64,000 nucleotides of DNA from sequence record NC_041975.1; one strand, written 5' to 3'. The notes under the pieces were generated by a model. That model was not told the DNA's origin and did not search any database. It saw nothing but the letters and a program-made list of their open reading frames with translations. Position numbers and translations under genes: made by a program. Positions 1 through 8,767 of the stretch are shown piece by piece (the first letter of the stretch is position 1; the number at the start of each line of letters is the position of its first letter).

Positions 1-1
1 T

Positions 2-460
2 CACATCATCAACAAACTGCGTCGTCGGAACTACACCCCAACACAATGCCTCAAACTGATCCAGGCGGGTATTAAGCAAACCATCCCAGTGATCGATGAG
101 GTGTTAGATGAACTCCTCGCAGAAAGCCCTACAGCGTCGATACGGGTATATGTGCAACGAAACCCAACCCTGCGTTGGTTATCGAACCGCCGGTTCCATT
201 GCCGAACCATCAACCGCGATCCAAATGACATCAGTATCCGTATCAGTACCTTATCTATCAAATCCTCGAATGCGGACTTTGATGGCGATGAACTGAACGT
301 GATGTTACAGCTGGATAACGTCTCAGCGAACTATGCGGAAGCGTTTGGTTCACACAACTGTGTGCTGGACATGAACACCCCGCTGAAGATCTCTGGTGAC
401 GTGGGTCTGCCGGGTACGTTGATCTCGACCATGAACCGTTGGATGTACAGTAACGACTAA
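2..460 (+). CDS. Non-virion RNA polymerase beta' N-half (phiKZ gp55-like), 5'-truncated by the window
   Basis: Frame is open from base 2. It contains RNPTL and the catalytic NADFDGDELN motif of multisubunit RNAP beta', and its position matches the start of the phiKZ core block. Confidence 0.9.
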   Translation, partial: HIINKLRRRNYTPTQCLKLIQAGIKQTIPVIDEVLDELLAESPTASIRVYVQRNPTLRWLSNRRFHCRTINRDPNDISIRISTLSIKSSNADFDGDELNVMLQLDNVSANYAEAFGSHNCVLDMNTPLKISGDVGLPGTLISTMNRWMYSND

Positions 461-466
461 ACTTAT

Positions 467-497
467 GGCCAGGGGTAATTCCCTGGCCTTATTACCG
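467..497 (+). terminator. GC-rich hairpin after the nvRNAP gene
   Basis: GGCCAGGG-gtaatt-CCCTGGCC followed by TTATTACCG. Confidence 0.6.
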
Positions 498-511
498 ACG
501 GGATATTTTTT

Positions 512-1159
512 ATGGATAATTTGCTTGAAAGGGGACGGTTTCTTCTTGAGAATACAGCAGCAGCCATGACCCCATATCCTTACAACATCGTTTTCGTTAC
601 CACCCCAATGGATTGGGATGCGGTAGTCACTACCATGCACGCTAACGATCCTGCAGCCAACATCATTCAACATAAAGGACAGTTCACGACCCGACGTGAT
701 TACCAATATGTCATTTATCGAGATGAACATTGGTATATCGCTGGTGCGAACATGGGAAGTCTACCTTACAACCATTACTACACCGGTGCGATGCTCGGCA
801 TTGCCATGGACCTGGGGCATGAGATTATTATCGATATCAGCAACCGCATCGGGAATGACGCGACTGCGGCCCCAGCGATAACGGCGATCATGCACGATTG
901 GTTTATGGTTAACTGGCGGGAAGCTGTGTGCGTGACCCACGATAACTACCTGGCGTTTATTCCGGACGATGATTACTTGTACTTGAGTAACAACAAAAAG
1001 ATACTCGGGCAGGTGATTCGCGCACAAGAACAACTGGGATCACCTTTAGCATTGACGTCGGCGTTACAGCGTGAGTGTCAACGTCTGATGAACACCCAGG
1101 TGGTGATCGCACCCACAGGCTGGAACGCCACTACGTATTACAGCGGAGGTGAGGTATGA
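512..1159 (+). CDS. Hypothetical protein, paralog 1 of a tandem zincin-like triplet (HExxH degenerate)
   Basis: 215 aa. Shares FVT..DWD.V, GQFT, RE..R.MN and GW..TTYY blocks with the next two ORFs, and has LGHEIII where the others have HExxH. Confidence 0.75.
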   Translation: MDNLLERGRFLLENTAAAMTPYPYNIVFVTTPMDWDAVVTTMHANDPAANIIQHKGQFTTRRDYQYVIYRDEHWYIAGANMGSLPYNHYYTGAMLGIAMDLGHEIIIDISNRIGNDATAAPAITAIMHDWFMVNWREAVCVTHDNYLAFIPDDDYLYLSNNKKILGQVIRAQEQLGSPLALTSALQRECQRLMNTQVVIAPTGWNATTYYSGGEV

Positions 1160-1833
1160 CGTTTGCTGAAGCTGAACAGTATATTTACAGTCTCAGTCAA
1201 GACGGCGGGGTCTATAAACAAGGGTTCATCTTTGTGTTTGATCCCGAGTCGTGGGATAAGGTGAACAGGGCGTTGGATATCCTGGACAATAACCGCGGGA
1301 TCTGGGGGAAGAACGTTGGACAGTTCACAACCGCCGGCATGACGTCCTACGGGCCGGTGTCATCGAGGCTTAAAGGGTATATCGTTATTGCCGTCCATTT
1401 CACGGGTGAGCGTAAGCTGTTCAATCCAGGGTATCTGCAACATGTTTTGAATACAGCGACCCATGAGTTGGTCCATGCTGCTCAGTTCGCTGTTCGGGCG
1501 CAGAGCTACCATGATCCGTTGATGGCTGTAGAGCCACTGGCTTACCTGACCGGCTGGTTAATGGAGAAATGGATTTATGCAGTGTGGGAGAAGTTTAACG
1601 TCACCATCTCAGTAACCCCTGCTACTACCGGTCCACTGTCGTACAACATCCTGTTTGACCTGTTGTATCGGTTCAATGAACAGCGGCTGGCGCACCGGAT
1701 GGGTGATCTCACCATGACACAGATTCAGAGTGCTTTAGTTAGGGAGTCGATTAACAGCTTGAATAACGTGGCAGTGGTAAACGATATCGGTTGGTCATCA
1801 ACGACGTATCTTGATGGAGTTAACAAGAAATGA
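1156..1833 (+). CDS. Putative zinc-metallopeptidase-like protein, paralog 2
   Basis: 225 aa. Has ATHELVHAAQ (HExxH) and downstream VEPLAYLTGW, and overlaps its neighbours in ATGA fashion. Confidence 0.75.
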   Translation: MTFAEAEQYIYSLSQDGGVYKQGFIFVFDPESWDKVNRALDILDNNRGIWGKNVGQFTTAGMTSYGPVSSRLKGYIVIAVHFTGERKLFNPGYLQHVLNTATHELVHAAQFAVRAQSYHDPLMAVEPLAYLTGWLMEKWIYAVWEKFNVTISVTPATTGPLSYNILFDLLYRFNEQRLAHRMGDLTMTQIQSALVRESINSLNNVAVVNDIGWSSTTYLDGVNKK

Positions 1834-2456
1834 AGATGCCGGTCAGTCAGTATGTAGATAAGTTTCTATTAAGACTGTTCCCTTATCCGCGGCAGTTTAT
1901 CTTTGTCACCAGTGTTGCGGATTTTGATGCGGTGGTTACCGAACTGGCACGTCGGCAGACTGCGGCTGGGATTGGTAATAAATGGCTGAGCCACAGAGGG
2001 CATTTCAAAGGGAATGGGATTTGTGCTTCGGGGAATCAGATCTGTGTATTAGGTGCGCTTTATGATACCGGGACGCAGCTCAGCCCAGCTAACATCGCCG
2101 GGACGATCGGTACCATGCAGCATGAAATCCAACACATGTTACTGCATACCTGTGCACAGATTGGTTATAACCCGATGCGCGAGCACGAGCCATTTACGTA
2201 TTTAACGAAGTGGGTGTTTGAGTTGTTCCTGGCGTTTATGCGTAATTACCACGGCGTGATGATCACCGATGTGCAGCGGCAAGATACTGGCATGCTGAGT
2301 CGGTTGCAGAAGGGAGGGGCTTTTGAGTTACTGCACGCCCTGCCCGTTGAAAATGTTCGAGATTCATTAGCAAGAGAATCTCGTGCATTATTAAACAACG
2401 CGGTGGTCGTCAGTCCTATTGGCGCATCCCGTTCCACAACCTATTTCGAATTATAA
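1830..2456 (+). CDS. Putative zinc-metallopeptidase-like protein, paralog 3
   Basis: 208 aa. Has MQHEIQHML (HExxH) and HEPFTYLTKW, and ends in STTYFEL. Confidence 0.75.
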   Translation: MKMPVSQYVDKFLLRLFPYPRQFIFVTSVADFDAVVTELARRQTAAGIGNKWLSHRGHFKGNGICASGNQICVLGALYDTGTQLSPANIAGTIGTMQHEIQHMLLHTCAQIGYNPMREHEPFTYLTKWVFELFLAFMRNYHGVMITDVQRQDTGMLSRLQKGGAFELLHALPVENVRDSLARESRALLNNAVVVSPIGASRSTTYFEL

Positions 2457-2463
2457 TTAACCC

Positions 2464-2489
2464 GGCCAGGGAAACCTGGCCTGTATGTC
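2464..2489 (+). terminator. Hairpin closing the paralog triplet
   Basis: GGCCAGG-gaaa-CCTGGCC then TGTATGTC. The stem is the same as at 467. Confidence 0.55.
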
Positions 2490-2504
2490 AAAAAGGAAAG
2501 TAAC

Positions 2505-3206
2505 ATGGGTATGTATACCGGCGTCTCATTTCGTTTGAAGGTCAGAAAAAATGCACCCTTGCCGGTGTTAGAGTTCATGGATAAGTTCTTCATGGAAGGT
2601 GAAACACTGCAAGCAGTGAAAGACCTACAGAAAGAAACGGGTATCCAGTTCCAATCCACAGCCATTGCATTACCGGGTGATCAGTTTCATTACAGTGAAA
2701 TTGCCGATATGACCATGATGGTTCGCGGGCACTCTTCCAGTTTTGAAAGCTGGTACTGGCGTGTTAAAGAAGATAAGGGCGATTACTGGTTGTATGAAAC
2801 CCGCGCCAATACCAAACGCCCTCACCATGACCTGGCCGCCAACCTTATCCAGGCATTATTACCATGTCTGGTTATCGAAGAAGGTGAGGTGGTGCTGCGC
2901 TCCATTTATGAAGACAGCGCCCAAGAACGCGTTCTGGCATTGGTAAATGGCAAGATTATTGAGGAACGTGGTTATGAGTACGAGGATGAATACAATAGCC
3001 CGTGGAATGAAAAGGCGCCGATAGATTATGTCAAGGGTGATTTTGGTGCAATTGCACATATTCGCATCACGGAAGAAGAAGAGTTCACACCACCTTGGAC
3101 TTTACAGGAACTGCGGGCAGGTGAAGAAAAAGCACGGTTAGAGAAAGAAGCCGAGCACGAACGGATACGGGCAGAGGGTGGTGGTTTCGGTTTCGGTGGC
3201 TGGTAG
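2505..3206 (+). CDS. Hypothetical phage protein (MGMYTG N-terminus)
   Basis: 233 aa with an AAGGA SD. The N-terminus resembles a widespread uncharacterised phage family. Confidence 0.75.
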   Translation: MGMYTGVSFRLKVRKNAPLPVLEFMDKFFMEGETLQAVKDLQKETGIQFQSTAIALPGDQFHYSEIADMTMMVRGHSSSFESWYWRVKEDKGDYWLYETRANTKRPHHDLAANLIQALLPCLVIEEGEVVLRSIYEDSAQERVLALVNGKIIEERGYEYEDEYNSPWNEKAPIDYVKGDFGAIAHIRITEEEEFTPPWTLQELRAGEEKARLEKEAEHERIRAEGGGFGFGGW

Positions 3207-3234
3207 TTTTAATTAATTTAACCTGAGGTGCATT

Positions 3235-4263
3235 ATGAAACGTTTGGACGAACCAGAATTCTTGAAAGGTGAACTTAAGAATATCACCTATGTGGCCGGT
3301 ACTAAAAAGATCGGCTGGCTTGATAAACTTAATCGTGCACTAACTGAAAATAAAGGGAAGGTAACGCCGTATAAGTTTTTGCGGGCTCGCGATCTACACG
3401 ATGCGTTTAAAGACACGAAGTTCAGTACCAAAGAACAGAGTGAATTTCATAAACTGGTCTCTGATCCAGTGCAGGGAGACTTTTGGGTATCAAGTATGTT
3501 GATGCTGTGGTTATGGTCAATCAACCGCGTGGTGTACCGCCTTCCCGTTGAATTGTTTGCAGCCGCTAACCAGAATTATGATGTGGGTAACGTTCCTATC
3601 GAAACCCTTACCCGTATGCCGCAGTGGACTACGTGTATCGCAATGGACTGGGAAGGCATTGCAATAGATAAAGACGGGCATTGTCAGCGCGGTCTCTTTT
3701 ACAGTCTACAAATGCTCAACGGGAAAGAGTATCTGCAGATAGAGTTGTATGTCACGTTCCATCGCAGTGAATCAGGTACTGTTAAGTTTGGGTCGTATAC
3801 CCTGCTTATTGATACTTCCAAGACAAATGTCAGAGAAGGTATGGAGCAGGCACTGATTGATATCCCAAAATATCAAAACATGGGGATGTCTTCAAGTGTT
3901 CGTATCGGGCTTGATGAATCTGAAGATATGCTTAGCGATATTATCACTGCGATCTCGCTGGTTAACGGTGAACACCGAAAATCAGAACTGGGCAAGACGG
4001 ATATCAAATGGCCAGGCTACCAAATTCAAGGTACGTCAGGCTACAAGATCCGCCCGCGTTTGAAAGCAGTAGAGTTCATGGTGGGTGAAGAATACGTTCC
4101 ACAGTTACGTGCGGCTGGCATCTCTAACGAGCGTTCACAACGTAAGAGTCATATTCGTTGTGGTCACTGGCACACGTACTGGTTAGGTCCTCGTAGCGGT
4201 CCACGTACGCAAGAGCGGTACTGGCTAATGCCAATTGTTGTTTCTGGTAAAGCACCAGAATAA
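3235..4263 (+). CDS. acrVA2: AcrVA2/FinQ-family protein
   Basis: 342 aa with a GAGG SD. The C-terminus RKSHIRCGHWHTYWLG..RYWLMPIVVSG matches the AcrVA2 C-terminus as recalled (KRPHIRRGHWHGYWQG..VRWQPAVFVNSG). The central W...VYRL...PIETLTRMPQW block also aligns. Confidence 0.8.
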   Translation: MKRLDEPEFLKGELKNITYVAGTKKIGWLDKLNRALTENKGKVTPYKFLRARDLHDAFKDTKFSTKEQSEFHKLVSDPVQGDFWVSSMLMLWLWSINRVVYRLPVELFAAANQNYDVGNVPIETLTRMPQWTTCIAMDWEGIAIDKDGHCQRGLFYSLQMLNGKEYLQIELYVTFHRSESGTVKFGSYTLLIDTSKTNVREGMEQALIDIPKYQNMGMSSSVRIGLDESEDMLSDIITAISLVNGEHRKSELGKTDIKWPGYQIQGTSGYKIRPRLKAVEFMVGEEYVPQLRAAGISNERSQRKSHIRCGHWHTYWLGPRSGPRTQERYWLMPIVVSGKAPE

Positions 4264-4286
4264 TCCAATTTAAATAAGGGTAGTTT

Positions 4287-4988
4287 ATGAACGGTATGAA
4301 GATGATGATTGGTTCCCTGCCACTGAGCAGCATGATGGGTGGTAGTCGTTCAGACGCGGGGACTTTCAATCCTGCACCGTACGCCGCCCCTTTCCGCGCA
4401 GTTGGTGAGTACATCGCGGATGCGGCATTTGAGGATCGTGGGGTATTGGTTTCTGCAGACGGGATCGTTGCTACTGTGCGCGCCAAAAAGATGACCTTCC
4501 AGGAAGCCGCAGATGCCCGCGGTGCAGCCACCGGACTGTATGCCATTATGTTCCCAGTCACTAACGGGGCGAAAGACGATACTGTCGTGATCACCACTAC
4601 CAGTCAGGCTGTGTTGTTTAACTTACTGGCAGTTGAAGATCTCCCTGATGAACTGTTTGTGCAGTTTGGTCTGGCAACGAATGCCGCGACGGTGAAAGCC
4701 ATGACCAATGACAACAACGACCATATCCGGGTACTGGCCAATGCCGGCGGTATCGCCCCAAGCAATACCTCACCGTCCCATTTGATTGTGGATAAGCAGC
4801 GCAATCTGATTATTGGTCATATTGTAAAAGAAGGTGATGATCAAGCAGACTTCAGTATCTTCGCCACCTCACGTAAATCCAAATCATCACAGGACTACAT
4901 TATCAACGTGAGTACCGATGATAGTGATATCATCAAGCATATCGTCCAGGCTACAGTGGAAGAGATTGCACTGGGAGACGCTGTCTAG
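4287..4988 (+). CDS. Hypothetical protein
   Basis: 233 aa with an AAGGG SD, no recognised motif. Confidence 0.7.
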   Translation: MNGMKMMIGSLPLSSMMGGSRSDAGTFNPAPYAAPFRAVGEYIADAAFEDRGVLVSADGIVATVRAKKMTFQEAADARGAATGLYAIMFPVTNGAKDDTVVITTTSQAVLFNLLAVEDLPDELFVQFGLATNAATVKAMTNDNNDHIRVLANAGGIAPSNTSPSHLIVDKQRNLIIGHIVKEGDDQADFSIFATSRKSKSSQDYIINVSTDDSDIIKHIVQATVEEIALGDAV

Positions 4989-5056
4989 TCTGTAATTGCA
5001 GACAAAACCGGCGGATGATATAGCACCAGAAATTAACCGGAAGTAGGAGTAAAAGA

Positions 5057-5704
5057 ATGTCAGTCATGACAGGTGGTTTTGGCGCAATCAATGCGCTAAT
5101 GTCCAACGGCCGCCCGACTCAGGGTGCCATGGAGTATTTTAACAATCAGTATCAGGGCATGCTGCAAGCAGCGCAGCAAGTGGGTAGTGTAGCGATGCAG
5201 CAGATCTATCAGATCGCAACACACACCTATGAAAACCTGATGCAGACCCGTCCGTGGGAACTGGCAGAAGCAGCGTTGCGTCAAACAGTGCACATGTTTG
5301 ACCCGAACACGGTTCGTCAGCTTCTCAACCTGGCTGATATGCAAACCGCCAAACCGATCATGCAGCGGTGGGTGATGGCGCAACCGGATATCCGTCAGAT
5401 GTATCATCAGCAGCGTATCGATGGTTACAGCGAAACGTATGAAGATGCCCAGCCAGGGATGGTAGGTGCGGACCATTATGATTATCGTCGTGCAGCAAAC
5501 GGCATGTTGCAGTTTGCACACACTGAAGAGGTGCCGATGGCGTCTTGGCAGGCGACGACCTATTATGAGCGTCTGGTAGAAGGTGATAACGAACTGTCGT
5601 TCCATGAGAAGCGTGACATCCATGTAACCTGGGATGCGTGTCTGAATCTGATGAACACACAGGCGTATGATCCGACCTCCATCTTCAACATGAAGCTGGC
5701 GTAA
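5057..5704 (+). CDS. Conserved phiKZ-like core protein (position compatible with gp59/Imp3)
   Basis: 215 aa with an AGGAG SD and a DHYDYRRA.NGM motif. The gene-number match rests on synteny only. Confidence 0.55.
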   Translation: MSVMTGGFGAINALMSNGRPTQGAMEYFNNQYQGMLQAAQQVGSVAMQQIYQIATHTYENLMQTRPWELAEAALRQTVHMFDPNTVRQLLNLADMQTAKPIMQRWVMAQPDIRQMYHQQRIDGYSETYEDAQPGMVGADHYDYRRAANGMLQFAHTEEVPMASWQATTYYERLVEGDNELSFHEKRDIHVTWDACLNLMNTQAYDPTSIFNMKLA

Positions 5705-5712
5705 GTTAATCG

Positions 5713-5740
5713 GAGGAGGGGTGGCCCTCCTCTTATGCCG
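5713..5740 (+). terminator. Hairpin plus TTATGCCG element
   Basis: GAGGAGGG-gtgg-CCCTCCTC-TTATGCCG. Confidence 0.7.
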
Positions 5741-5752
5741 TTTGAGGGTAGC

Positions 5753-5977
5753 ATGGCAAAAAAGGAACTCACGATGAAGCGACTTCAGATAGACATCTCT
5801 GAACAGGGCTTTAGCAAACTCAATGCACTCAAGGTGAAAATGGAAACCACTGCCATGGGTAGCGTTGTCAGCCGCGCCTTATCGATTACCGATCGTTTGT
5901 TCACCGCCAAGGAGAAAGGCAGTAAGATCCTGATCGTGGATAAAGATGGTAATGTCACCGAAATCGAATTACTGTAG
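5753..5977 (+). CDS. Small ribbon-helix-helix-like DNA-binding protein
   Basis: KRLQIDIS strand followed by two helices (FSKLNALK, SVVSRALS), the CopG/Arc-like layout. Start chosen from the GAGG SD. Confidence 0.55.
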   Translation: MAKKELTMKRLQIDISEQGFSKLNALKVKMETTAMGSVVSRALSITDRLFTAKEKGSKILIVDKDGNVTEIELL

Positions 5978-5985
5978 AGGTTAAC

Positions 5986-6213
5986 ATGGCTTGGTCCAAA
6001 CGCCGTGCAAAGAAACGCATCATTCACTTACGTGGTTTTCATTATCGTGTTCAATCACGTAGTATCGCAATCTGGGAACAGTATCGCGAATATCATCAAA
6101 ATCGACCATTTGGATCTGGCGTTGGTTTATTGATGTTACTTGACCCTGAAACTGGTTGTCCAATAGGAGCTCATCGTGGCCTTAAGCAAAACAAAAATAA
6201 AGCGTCGTACTAA
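5986..6213 (+). CDS. Small basic hypothetical protein
   Basis: 75 aa with a GAGG SD. Confidence 0.6.
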   Translation: MAWSKRRAKKRIIHLRGFHYRVQSRSIAIWEQYREYHQNRPFGSGVGLLMLLDPETGCPIGAHRGLKQNKNKASY

Positions 6214-6460
6214 TGCGCTGTATAACTACAAAACGCTGGTTGAACGCATTAGCTATAAATGCATGATAGCCCACATCGATGCTCAGGGTATCAAGCTTGA
6301 ATTGAACCGCACGGGTTCGTCAATTAAAAGTGAAGACATTCCTGCTGCAAAAGAAGCCCGTCTTGCATTGAAACGCGAAATCGTCCGTCTGCGGAATATC
6401 CAGGGGCGTCGTCGTATCGTGAATGCCGGTAAGATCAAAGCGGCAATCAGCCAGTATTAA
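6176..6460 (+). CDS. Basic hypothetical protein
   Basis: 94 aa, followed by a terminator; start uncertain. Confidence 0.6.
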   Translation: MALSKTKIKRRTNALYNYKTLVERISYKCMIAHIDAQGIKLELNRTGSSIKSEDIPAAKEARLALKREIVRLRNIQGRRRIVNAGKIKAAISQY

Positions 6461-6463
6461 TAG

Positions 6464-6492
6464 AAGGGACTTCGGTCCCTTTATTTTTTTTG
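6464..6492 (+). terminator. Intrinsic terminator
   Basis: AAGGGAC-ttcg-GTCCCTT plus a long T tract. Confidence 0.85.
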
Positions 6493-6520
6493 TCTTGAAT
6501 AATGAAATTTTTACGCTGTA

Positions 6521-6553
6521 GAAAATCTTAGACCTATATAACGGCACTGATAG
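6521..6553 (+). promoter_or_regulatory. Conserved 33-bp phage promoter-like element, copy 1
   Basis: GAAAATCTTAGACCTATAT-N8-TGATAG. Recurs at 7127 and 29412 with identical spacing, each time upstream of an SD and ATG. Confidence 0.75.
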
Positions 6554-6582
6554 AGTAATCTAAATTAACTTACGAGGTTATC

Positions 6583-7113
6583 ATGAAAAACACTACTTTT
6601 CTAATTGAGACCCTGAAACGTACCTTGGAAGAGCTGGACCAGGCAACGTTATCAACTGAAGAAAAAATTGAATTAACCACCATGGTTGAGAAAGAACATT
6701 TTGCTAAGCTGTTCGGTGTCCGCGCAGAAGAAACCACTCAGTTAAGTGAGCGCGATTTCTCTAAACTGACCGGTTATCAGTACAACAGTGTTTACGCGGG
6801 GTTAGATTTGGTTGGTAATTTTGACTGGGTGATCACGGCGGATGGCGCAGTCGTAACAAGAGAAATGCCTCATCACGGCAGTAACCATTGGTTGCCACCG
6901 CACAGGCAATTTATATTCAGACTGATCGATGAAGGTCGTGAAATATTTAATGAAGGCACTAGACTGCTTGTTATCAGAATTGAGAACACCATCACCAAAG
7001 AGGTCTTTTCAATTAACTTTGAAGTTGCTGATATTCAAATCGGCAGTGCGGTTGTTAAAATGGTTGAGCGTTATCTGTTCGATTATTACAGGGTCAGCGT
7101 CAAGAAACTGTAA
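6583..7113 (+). CDS. Hypothetical (probably early) protein
   Basis: 176 aa with a GAGG SD, downstream of the element. Confidence 0.75.
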   Translation: MKNTTFLIETLKRTLEELDQATLSTEEKIELTTMVEKEHFAKLFGVRAEETTQLSERDFSKLTGYQYNSVYAGLDLVGNFDWVITADGAVVTREMPHHGSNHWLPPHRQFIFRLIDEGREIFNEGTRLLVIRIENTITKEVFSINFEVADIQIGSAVVKMVERYLFDYYRVSVKKL

Positions 7114-7126
7114 AATATGAGTTGCA

Positions 7127-7159
7127 GAAAATCTCAGACCTATATGACTGGGGTGATAA
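7127..7159 (+). promoter_or_regulatory. Conserved 33-bp element, copy 2
   Basis: GAAAATCTCAGACCTATAT-N8-TGATAA. Confidence 0.75.
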
Positions 7160-7216
7160 AGAGTAGTGAATACTCTTAACCCCTAACCCAATTAACCTTA
7201 AGTATGGAGTAGTATC

Positions 7217-7507
7217 ATGACTGTAACTTTCTCTCAGCAAATGCAGGTTGTCGAATCTATCGCTGTGATGCAGGAAAAAGCAATGGAACTGCAAGTTGCT
7301 ACCAAAGCGTGTTACGACGAAGTCACCCGACTGGCCAACCGACTGGCTGACATCAACGATCCACTCGGCTTTCAGAAAGCCTATGAAGAATATCGTGCCA
7401 AGCTGGCAGAAGCGGATGTATTAGCCGATGCTACTCGCCTGGCTTACAACATGTCAGACGCTGCACTGAAAACCATCCTGGGTGAAGCTAACCCAACCTT
7501 TCATTAA
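7217..7507 (+). CDS. Small coiled-coil hypothetical protein
   Basis: 96 aa, Ala-rich and helical, GGAG SD. Confidence 0.7.
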   Translation: MTVTFSQQMQVVESIAVMQEKAMELQVATKACYDEVTRLANRLADINDPLGFQKAYEEYRAKLAEADVLADATRLAYNMSDAALKTILGEANPTFH

Positions 7508-7546
7508 TAGTTAATTACTCATCGTCATTACGCCTCGGAGAAACTC

Positions 7547-7756
7547 ATGAGCGATTTTATTAGCAACCTGTTCGAAATCGCTATTGCAGTTTCTTCTGTA
7601 GTGGCGATGGTTAAATTGATTAAATCTGATAATGCCTATATTGCAGAAACAGTTCGTATCATCGATGCCTGCGCTTCTTTACAGGAAGGGCAAGTAATTC
7701 AGGGCGAAGTGGTTAACACCAAAGCCCACACAACCAACTTATACATCACCCATTAA
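7547..7756 (+). CDS. Small protein with hydrophobic N-terminus
   Basis: 69 aa with LFEIAIAVSSVVAMV, GGAG SD. Confidence 0.65.
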   Translation: MSDFISNLFEIAIAVSSVVAMVKLIKSDNAYIAETVRIIDACASLQEGQVIQGEVVNTKAHTTNLYITH

Positions 7757-7778
7757 TCTACTTGTAAGGAATACACCT

Positions 7779-8240
7779 ATGTCAAACTCTATGTTCATCT
7801 GCCTGTCACTGTTAGCGGTTATCTCTGTCTCTGGTGGTATCGCCTTTGCCAAGAGCCTGTCACCGACCCATGCCATGATGACCGCCTTTGCTTACTTACG
7901 TGAGCAACTCGGTGATGACGCAGCACAGTACGAATACGATAAACGCTCACACCTTCTTTGCATGACAAACCTGGTGGAAACTAACTATGCCCTGGTCTGC
8001 GGTAAGCACTTTGAACGCGCAGAACAAAAACGTGCATGGTTAGTTAAGGAAGCAGAAGAGATCCAGCTCACCCCGCGTCAACAACTGATGCTACTGGACT
8101 CCTTACTGAACCTGAACACCCGTCCTGAACAAGCAAAGAAAATTGTTAAAGTACGTTCAACCAAAGAGATCGTTGACTTGGCTGCGAAGTATGCGAGCGA
8201 CAACCGTCGTATCGAAGCTCCGCTGGCCTTGTTCCGCTAA
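7779..8240 (+). CDS. Membrane-anchored or secreted hypothetical protein
   Basis: 153 aa with N-terminal hydrophobic segment MFICLSLLAVISVSGGIAFA. Confidence 0.65.
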   Translation: MSNSMFICLSLLAVISVSGGIAFAKSLSPTHAMMTAFAYLREQLGDDAAQYEYDKRSHLLCMTNLVETNYALVCGKHFERAEQKRAWLVKEAEEIQLTPRQQLMLLDSLLNLNTRPEQAKKIVKVRSTKEIVDLAAKYASDNRRIEAPLALFR

Positions 8241-8274
8241 TGTAAGCTGTAGTGTATTGGTCACCTCATGACCG

Positions 8275-8306
8275 GAGCTCACCCTAACCGGTGGGCTCTT
8301 TTTTTT
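8275..8306 (+). terminator. Intrinsic terminator
   Basis: GAGCTCACC-ctaacc-GGTGGGCTC plus T tract. Confidence 0.75.
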
Positions 8307-8362
8307 GTCTTCTTTTTTTTGTTCGGGGATTATATGTAGTCCATATTAGCTAAGAGGACATT

Positions 8363-8767
8363 ATGGCAGAGCGTGTAGTTCCAACCATGTCCGTAACCGG
8401 GTACGTAACCGGCGTGACTGAAACCATTGACCGGATGTTTGCCTACTGGCTGACCGCACAATACTCTCAAACGTATCTTGCGCGCGGTAACATCCACTCC
8501 CTTCAATATTTGATCCAGCAGTATGACGGTAACCCAGAACGTCTGTGTGATGCGGTGGTGAAAGACCTCAAGAACTATTTTACGGGTCCGTTTGATGCCG
8601 CCACGGTTACCTGTAATCCACGTTATGCGACCAGTGAGCGTGATGAGAAGTTCTATATGCTGGAGATCGATATCAAAGTCTCTAATGGCGATATCGGTTA
8701 TGATGTTGGTCGCCGTCTGCTAGAGATTGAAGACGGTATCTTTAAACGCATTGTAGGTACTCTGTAA
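8363..8767 (+). CDS. Conserved phiKZ-like core protein, possibly gp25-like baseplate fold
   Basis: 134 aa with a GAGGA SD. It starts the core block that leads to SbcD; the fold guess is from size and pattern only. Confidence 0.5.
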   Translation: MAERVVPTMSVTGYVTGVTETIDRMFAYWLTAQYSQTYLARGNIHSLQYLIQQYDGNPERLCDAVVKDLKNYFTGPFDAATVTCNPRYATSERDEKFYMLEIDIKVSNGDIGYDVGRRLLEIEDGIFKRIVGTL

